A stretch of 64,000 bases of DNA from assembly GCA_000320545.1 (NCBI GenBank), contig ADNK01002741.1:7486-71485 (forward strand). The letters are read 5' to 3'. Positions 55,708 through 64,000 of the stretch are shown piece after piece. Each line of letters opens with the position of its first letter. The stretch's first letter is position 1. The position numbers were made by a program, and so were the translations under genes. Source of the DNA: Bigelowiella natans CCMP2755. Lineage: Eukaryota; Protista; Cercozoa. The notes below the pieces were generated by a model. The model worked only from the letters and a program-made list of their open reading frames with translations, was not told the DNA's origin and searched no databases.

Positions 55708-56127
55708 AGACAGTCCCTTACCCCCCCCCCCCCCCCCTTTTCCTTTTTTTGACTCCATGCGTATGCGCGCACACCTATGTTTATAAATAAACTATCCTCA
55801 TCCCCCCCCCTCATGAGGAAACAACCTAATTCTTTTTGCACTTCCGAACACGTTGATAAGCTCTCCTCGGCCCGCATCAAACGTCTATCGAGGGATTGTG
55901 GAGATGTGCGTGCGTGAATATACGTAAAACGAGTGCAATGGGTAACGATAAGCGATCTTGATGTTGATTCAACCTTCGGCGTGAGCGAAGAGTCGTTCTT
56001 TACCTGAGAGAACAAACACGCTTGGTGAGGAGATATTGTTTGGTTGCAACGCGCGGTTTGCAGATTGTGAATAGGAAGGTTGAGAGGAGAAGAGGGTTAG
56101 GGGTAAAACAAGAAATTCATGTATATT

Positions 56128-56202
<75 letters not shown>

Positions 56203-57106
56203 ATAACATGCGGCAGTTTTACTTACCGTGGTGACCCTTTGTTCCATCTCGTACATGTGATCGACCTCGCTCATTCGAAGCTTCGATTTGTGACAGGAGG
56301 GAGAATGGGGAATCAAGGTCAGATAGGCCGGTGTTACATTGATGCCATCTTCGTAATACAAGCGCGCGAGTGGGCCGATATTGTACACAAACAAAGTGCA
56401 TGCACAGGGATTCAGTGAATGACCTCCCTGCGATGGGTTCATTTACTTTGCCTTCAACTACTCTATAATGCTAGCTGCTACATGAAGCAATCAAAACCAC
56501 CTCTCCAGTCTCGGGGTCTAAAACGGCGATGGCGTATCTGAATCCAATGAGGATCAGGAATCGATTGTGAGTTGAAGAAGAAGAAGAAGAAGACGAACAA
56601 CAACAACTACAACAAACAACACTCGGATTAGTGCGCAACTTTGCAATTTCAGGTAGTTCTGCCGGGGAAAAAATGCAACTAGTGAGAGGGCACGAAACTA
56701 GAGGAAGATGGTAGAGGGGGGAGGGGAGTTGACGAACTTGTTTAGATTCTTCGACTTCGATGATTCCCCGTAGTTTTTACCGTTGTATGCTACGTTCCCC
56801 CCCCGAGCCTTCAAAAGCAGGGCGGATAATCAAAAGTGAAGGCGAATCACGTACGCAGAGTATAGCTTCGATTTATCGCACAGGCAAGATAACATCTCTT
56901 CGGTGGATTGGGGATTTCACTACCTCGACTCGTATCCTTCGTTTCTTATTCCGAACGTTTGAGACCTTAAATTCTAGGTTATGCACCATTTCCGGGCGGC
57001 CTCTGGGAAACGTGCAGAGCATTGGGCCCGGAGGACCCTTTTTCTTCCCATTCCTGACCTTTACTTTCAAGGCGGTCGCGGTAGTCTCCACCATTTGTTT
57101 GCCCAA
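52794..57106 (-). CDS. POLR1E: RNA polymerase I subunit RPA49/PAF53 (A49-like)
   Basis: Exons read RYAIAVLDPETGE / RGELINVFGSAKRIR / HLPPHDIKAVDPDDAYP / VSLKAPLSLPKVKRLSRPS*. These resemble the A49-family motifs Y.vGv.D..tg, L...FG..K, iPp.n..A..p.dvYp and the C-terminal A.LK.PL.FP basic tail. Confidence 0.8.
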
Positions 57107-57592
57107 CGCCGAACGCAGTCCGTGAATGTGGAAGAAGGCTTAACTACTCACAAGGCAAAGCAGCACCAAGGAAATCTCTAGACAGGCAGGGTATCTGCGC
57201 TATGAGAAGGGGTGTGGCTCCGCTGGACAGCCGAAGAGTTCTCTGTGGAGTTTTCTCTGCCCGCAGCGAGGGGGGGGGCTTCCTGGCACGAACAGTCTTC
57301 GCCACGCGTGCAATTTCTCCGAGCGAGTGCTGTCGCAACACTTTCCCAACAACCTCGAAACAACGGCCAAAAAACCGTTGAGATCTCCATGGATCTATTA
57401 CAACTATTTCGAACCAAAAACACAAGGAAAAACTGCTCTGTGCGACTCACGCTCGCCAGACCAGTTTCTATCGGGAGAACATCGACAGTAATAATCTCTG
57501 CGTAGAGGCCGTGCTCCGCGAAAACCAAAGGAACGCGTCCTCGCACTGCGCCCCACCACCTGAAGCACCCTCTGCCAGCTTTCTCAGCAAGG

Positions 57593-59236
57593 ATGGAGGG
57601 AGGAGGATACAGCTACGTCCGCGTCCCGACACAGACTTCTGTGGAAAATAAGGATACCAGGCCTGAAGAGGGTGTAAGCTCGTCTGCATACGGAGTAGTT
57701 GGTTCTTCGACCCGGTCATCGCAAGAGCAGAACCTGAATGAAGGAGGGAGGTTGACAAGGCATGGGAAAAAACAACCCAGGCGACATTCTTCTTCTTCTT
57801 ATAGCATGATGCCTTCAAAGTATTCCAGGATACCGATAATTGAGCCTAGTAGCTCCTCCAGCCTCACCCCTGCTTCAAAGAGCGTACTCTGGGACTACCC
57901 CGCTCCCCGCCCCCTCTCCGTATCAAAACTGCCGCCTCCCGGGTGCATAGCCCAGTCCGTAGTCCCCCCTCCGCCCCAATCCTACATTGATGGCGGGATA
58001 CTGAGGATGGGCGTAGCGTACAACGCAAGACCCCGTCTCGTGGCGCAGGAGCTCCCCCACCCTTCTCCACATATTGTGGCAAGCGCTCCTGTATTCCAAG
58101 CAATGCCGTCGGACGCAAAGCAGCCATTCGTGGCACCGTACCCCATTTCAATCATGTATGAGTCTCCCAAGATGCCCTCTAGGCCCCAGCTGGGGAAGAC
58201 GGTTCCTTCAGCGTCTCTTAGGTGCGTAGACCTGCCTTTTTCTTCATAATTTCTCTTTATAAAGCTCGGAACCGTTTGCGTTTGCCTTTTCTTCTATCTC
58301 GTGAAGTTGAGATAAAACGCTTTTGGTACCGCCCTCTCGTTGCTGCGACAGCGGTCGCTCTGTCTTGTCCCAAAACGCACATTCCACGTGAACGCCCACA
58401 ACATGCCCTTTGAATGAGCTGAAGGGAGGCAATTGAGAAGTAATTTTTTCAGGTTGGAGTATCCAGCATATCACTGCGTCCCAGTCCACAACGTTCCTTA
58501 CAACCAACCCGTGTACTTTCCGACCAGCATCCTGCCCTCGCTTCCAGTGGCCCAGCAAGATTATTCGCAGAAACCTCAAAAAGATGCACATACCAAAGAG
58601 CCGCCAGATTTGCTGCATCCGATCCCCGCACCGGATTATGCACCGTTCATTAAAACGGGGCATGTTCCTCTGGAATCGCAGCTTGAAACAATCGCAGATG
58701 CCCAGCTGGAAGGGAAGTCTTCGTTGGAGGAAAGAATAATGAGGGCATCATCTTCCGATGAGAACGCGAGGAAGCACTTCAGAATCAGAAGGTGCTTGAA
58801 CAAGGCCACAGGTACTATGACACGTAGGTATGCTCATTAACGTGTGCGCATTTCCAAATGCACGCGCGCACGCGCGCGCACTCTGAATTCGAGTATATAA
58901 GTGCGGACTAAGAGGGAAGGGAAAGAACACGACTTATTCTGCATAAGAAACCGCACATACTAATATGTACACTCCTCCCTCGTGCACACGCCAGGTCGAA
59001 TAATTCTTCGCTATGAGTGCCTCTTCTGTGGGATTGGAAAAGCAGGGCCTTCCAATATTCTCGCCCATATCAGGTCTCACACGGGTGAGAAACCGCACGT
59101 CTGCACGTTTTGCGGCCGGCGGTTCAGCCAAAAGTCAAACTGCAAGCGGCACATGCACACAAATCACCCGGAGGCAATGGCGGGGAAACAGGAGTCCTCG
59201 AAGTCATCCGGAAAGTCTGATGCTAAAGATGCATGA
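57593..59236 (+). CDS. C2H2 zinc-finger transcription factor (two tandem fingers, Pro/Ser-rich N-terminus), about 3 exons
   Basis: The last exon reads YECLFCGIGKAGPSNILAHIRSH-TGEKP-HVCTFCGRRFSQKSNCKRHMHTNH, with a canonical Kruppel linker. Upstream ORFs at 57593 and about 58453 join in phase by GT-AG introns. Confidence 0.88.
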
Positions 59237-59917
59237 AGAATGTATAGTAAATAAGTTAATGGGCTGCCCCTCTCTGCAGTCTCTGACCAAAAGAGTGCAC
59301 ATATGCATATAATTGATGCATGTAATTGTGTTACGTTGTCTGTGATAGATATCTAGATAATGCAGCATAGCAACTTGTGATGACTCTTAGTCTGATTTGA
59401 TATGTATGCCTATACTACCTCGGTGTTACTACGTGCACACCCCACGCTAGCACGTCTTGGATGCATTTGCAAGTTTCATGCTGACACCTCAGTGCAAACT
59501 GATTGCGTATTGCTTGTGCCAATAACCTCGCAATTATGGCATTTCGATCCGATGTGGGCCTAGCAACGAGCTGATGGATGATCATTGGATCAATCCTAGA
59601 ATCGTTCGCCTTGAACAGTGCAGCGTGACGTACGTGCGTGACGAGCTAGAGCGCAGCAACTAGCTAGCAATGCATGCAATGAGCCGACATGTGCTATTTA
59701 GCCATCAACGGCGCGTTTGGATTTTATAGAGGTGAATGCCAAAGTAGATGATGAGCGGTCGTTGACTCAGCGATCCGGTTATTGCCGTGTCACAGCGGAC
59801 AACGGGTTCGCCAATCTAGCAATCGAGCGAGTGGAAGAGTCTAGATGCATCTAGTGCGCGCAGCAGTCCTTGCTTCTATCTAGCTATGTACATATCTGGA
59901 TATATATGATTATGTAG

Positions 59918-59960
<43 letters not shown>

Positions 59961-59990
59961 AATATTTGTACATAATCGTCATCATCAAAG

Positions 59991-60440
59991 CTAATCATTA
60001 GCGTTTTTATTATCGCCCCCATGGCCACCAACAGCAACTACTCCACTATCCCGATGATCTCCGTCCACTATTCTTCTTCCAACAGCTGTGTTCGGAGGAG
60101 CAGCAGCGCCATCGTCATCGTCGTGGACGAAATGGTAGGACTTGCTAAGTGCATAGAACCATGCCATGGCTACCAACATGAGGCCTGCGAAGGAAAAGGT
60201 GAATTGAGCGAGATGTTCAAATCACGACGAATCGCAACTCAAGCAGCAATGCATTTTCATCGGCGTGTCTAGGAGCCAAGTGATACAGCTCTCATGCAAC
60301 AAGACTGAAACACGTACAGGAGTTGAGGAAGAAGGACGCGGCCATGCTAATATTCAGAGCGCTGAATATCCCCTCAAGAGCAATCTAAAGAAAGAATAGC
60401 CGTAGGGAGGAGGATGGTGATATGTGTGCTTATACGCACG

Positions 60441-60503
<63 letters not shown>

Positions 60504-60853
60504 ATACATATGATATCACATATTAGCAGAACGCATGTGAAATGTTTGCTGAGTCATTCCTACATAGAGAACATGAGGACAGGGATTTCTCGCCTTCTCA
60601 TTGGTCTCAATACTCAATACTACCACGAGAACATTGCCGAAGCAAACGCTCAGCAGCCAAACGCTCTGCATCAAGGCCTTCATCGATCTGGGGGCCTGAA
60701 GAAAAAGAGGACGGAGAGTAGCAGGAGGAGGAGGGGGGGGGGGGGGGGGGGACACAAATGAGATAGGTAACACTATAACTTTATAAAAACTTACTTGCTA
60801 GGACACGCACACACGCACACACACGCACAAACACACACACACACACACATACA

Positions 60854-60895
<42 letters not shown>

Positions 60896-61248
60896 CATTT
60901 TACTACACGCTATTTGACCTGTGAGTATGCGAATTCCAGACCGGTGACTGAGAACAGCACCTCCCCCAGCAGTTATCACCACATATTGCGGAATCTGAAC
61001 GGATAGCGACGCACCGCCCATATGCATACAATAAGCGGGATAGATAAAAACGCATACGCCGCCTTTGCTGCTTCATCCAGGCGGGACACAACAAGCACGG
61101 CAGGTACAAATTGGCATTCTCTTCCTTTCCAAATCGCGATGACAACGCAAACCACTCACCGCACAACTCATCGCCCACCTGGGAGAGCATATGCACGCAC
61201 TTCTCGTCGTTTGGGCAGGAATCTATGCGGAGCTGGAGGAGGCCTTTG

Positions 61249-61288
<40 letters not shown>

Positions 61289-61377
61289 GCATATAACGAA
61301 CGCCAACATATTAGACATCTGTATCATTTTTCAATATCAATATCTTATCTGCCTCTTGATCTCCCCCCCCTCCTCTC

Positions 61378-61416
<39 letters not shown>

Positions 61417-61656
61417 CCTAACTCACATACACATACGCTCAGGCATGTTCGTATGTAATTTGTTGTATTTGTAGTGTGCGCATTTTCAACGTAATCATCG
61501 AGGTCTATTCCGTGCTCTCTTCTCACCCGCTGTGACAAATGCCAAGCTCGCCAGAAACTACAGCAGATATGTACAAAACAAAATGAACTCGCGCGTCCGC
61601 TTAAAATAGTAATGCGCTCGGAACAACACACACAAACACACGCACGCATAGAAGGA

Positions 61657-61698
<42 letters not shown>

Positions 61699-63293
61699 AC
61701 ACCGACAAGTTTATCATAATCATGATTAATTTATGCGTGCATACTACACGCATACGCACCATTCCTGCAAGCATCCTTGTGAGAGGTGCTGTGGCCAAAC
61801 CACAGCGACGCAACGTGGGATAGACCACCCGATCAAACAGCTAATGGAGAATGAGAGAAAGGAGACATAGAGAGGGGGGGGGGGGGGGGGGAGGGAAAAG
61901 GAGAGAGACTGAGAGACAGGAGGGAGAGGGTGAAATGGGAATTATGTAAATCGCACCAGAAACATGGCCTCCTCCTCCTCCTCCTCCTCCTCCTCCTCCT
62001 CCTCGTTATTCTCTTATAACTTCATCATCATCATCATCATCATTATCATCACCACCATCATCCTCCTCCTGTACACTCCTTCTCTTAGTAATCGCTGTCT
62101 TCCTCACCCCATTGTTTGCTTTATTATTACCACTACCGCCCCGCCCCCTCTTCTTATTATGAACATCCAATTACCGGAAGAAAAACGAGTATCAAAAGAG
62201 CATTAAACATCTGCATTTGGTCTGGTAGAATCTGCGTTTTCCCTGTGGATTTATCGGAATATCCCACACACGCACACACGCACACACGCACACACGCACA
62301 CACGCACACACGCACACACGCACACACGCACACACGCACACACACAGGGCCAATCTTACATAAAATGCTGATATGTCATGTTTTCTCATCTTATGCACAG
62401 TCCTCTCCCTCCTCCTCCTCCTCCTCCTCCTCCTCCTCCTCCTCCTCCTCCTCCTCCTTGTCCTCCTCCTCTATTTCAGTCATCAATCTCACCGAGTTTT
62501 CCATTGAGCTGCTCCGCTTGTATCGTCCACGTAGAGCTTTGCTGGTCAAACAGGCACCTGCAAAGTGCGTGTGAGTAAGTGTGAGAAGGTGTGTGTGTTT
62601 GTGTGTGTGTGCGCGCGCGCGCCTTTATGGGAGGGGAGAGAGGAGAGCGCTACACGCACATGCATACATAAGCACACACCATAGAAATAGATAAAGAAAA
62701 AAAGAGAACCATCGCTATCATCATCAATCCTTCATTCATAATGCTCATCTAGTATCAGTATCATCATCACCACCATCATCATCATTCACTCACCAGAAAA
62801 GCGGGAACGGTGCCATAACGTATATCACATTCAAGACCTGCCGCACCTACCAATTGTGTGGAGCATGCTTGCTGTCAAACGCAATGCCTTCACGGAGTTT
62901 ATACGTGGCTTGCAATATAAAAATCGAATTTCTCGAAGGTGTGTATTGCCTAAACATTCTTGCGCGTTTGTGCAGGTGTCTCTCTCCCTCACTGATGGCG
63001 AATCTCGATACTACCTCATCAGCCTTCTGCCGTCCGTGCGTTCTCAGCGCAGCGGTGTACCATTTGGGCAAATTTCCTCCGATATTCTGCGGTGGTGCGA
63101 AGACGTCCGCTTCCTCAATGGCGGCCGACTTGGCATCGTCCTCGCCGATTTCGGCACTGGGAGATACGGATGGAGGGGGCGCGGATTGCATGTTGGAGCT
63201 GTCCGGAAAGAACCGAATGCGAAATACATGCATGATCGGAGAGTCGTTGCTCGGCGGCACTTCCCTATAGCCAACGCTAAGGGAGAACGCGAC

Positions 63294-63331
<38 letters not shown>

Positions 63332-63372
63332 CACCCACACGCACATACACACAAACACACAAAGCGAGTGAG

Positions 63373-63409
<37 letters not shown>

Positions 63410-63496
63410 TAGAGGGGGAAAGAAATCAATTAATTACTACAAAATGCTACGAGATCACTCTCGATAACCATTAATACGAGGCATAATATATGCACA

Positions 63497-63534
<38 letters not shown>

Positions 63535-63547
63535 TATTAAATATTCA

Positions 63548-63589
<42 letters not shown>

Positions 63590-63923
63590 AGTTATTATGT
63601 ACGCGTCTATATACGTATATTAATGCTAGATAGCGGACCGAGCGCGGCCAAGTGTGAGAACGCCAATAGATACGAGCATCAGTGCTGTGTTGGTAGAGAG
63701 AGGAGGTTGCAATGTTATCATAGCGAAGTTAAAACACACACACACACACACACACACACTATAGACTACCCTGAGAGAGGTGGGGGGAAGTAAGAGGATA
63801 GATTGAAAATAAGCAAAACAAAAGAAGTACCAGCAGGTAGGCCGAATGCGAGAGAGAATGAGCATTGGCCACTGGTACATGAAGGACAGCCTGCATCAAT
63901 CAAGAGCAATGATATGAACGTGT

Positions 63924-63969
<46 letters not shown>

Positions 63970-64000
63970 TCTCTACGTACGTACGTACGTTAGTTAGTTA
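59991..64000 (-). CDS. Proton-dependent oligopeptide transporter (POT/PTR2, SLC15), 3' part; 5' end outside the window; apparent 1-nt frameshift near 60965
   Basis: Exons read GYREVPP..SPIMHVFR / VIYVMAPFPLFW / ILPDQMQMFNALLILVFLP-LFDRVVYP..PLTRMLAGM / QIPQYVVITAG(E)VLFSVTGLEFAYSQ-APRSMKALMQSVWLLSVCFGN, which are classic PEPT/PTR2 motifs. Confidence 0.92.
62265..62470. repeat. CACACG-type higher-order microsatellite and (TCC)n tract in a POT transporter intron
   Basis: Directly visible tandem arrays. Confidence 0.9.

Noticed and set aside
303-63997. Numerous ORF-track entries with CVCVCV, YIYIYI, ERERER, LSLSLS or THTHTH
   Set aside because: They are stop-free translations of intronic microsatellites or antisense shadows of real exons.

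Overview
This is eukaryotic nuclear DNA with many GT-AG introns that are often filled with microsatellites. Long signal-plus-transit-like leaders and the intron style suggest a chlorarachniophyte (Bigelowiella-like) alga; that assignment is an inference. Splicing exons by hand gives ten protein genes and one snRNA, left to right: POLA2 (-, 3' end cut by the window edge), an IPNS/DIOX-type 2OG-Fe(II) oxygenase (+), an SLC35A-type nucleotide-sugar transporter (-), sarcosine dehydrogenase (+), U1 snRNA (-), a 14.7-kb glycine-rich membrane protein of the At5g11700/At4g32920 type (+), a hypothetical protein (-), a cadherin-like/PTC7-type PP2C fusion (+), Pol I subunit RPA49 (-), a C2H2 zinc-finger protein (+) and a POT/PTR2 peptide transporter (-, 5' end outside the window). 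The most striking higher-order pattern is that all 11 transcription units alternate strand perfectly. Every tail-to-tail spacer is rich in CTAG/GCTAGC/TGCA/GCGC palindromes, and four of the five carry a GCAATG(C/A)TAGA(A/G)TGC motif, a candidate termination or boundary system. Exon boundaries were read by eye and are approximate, and family assignments come from recalled motifs rather than database searches.
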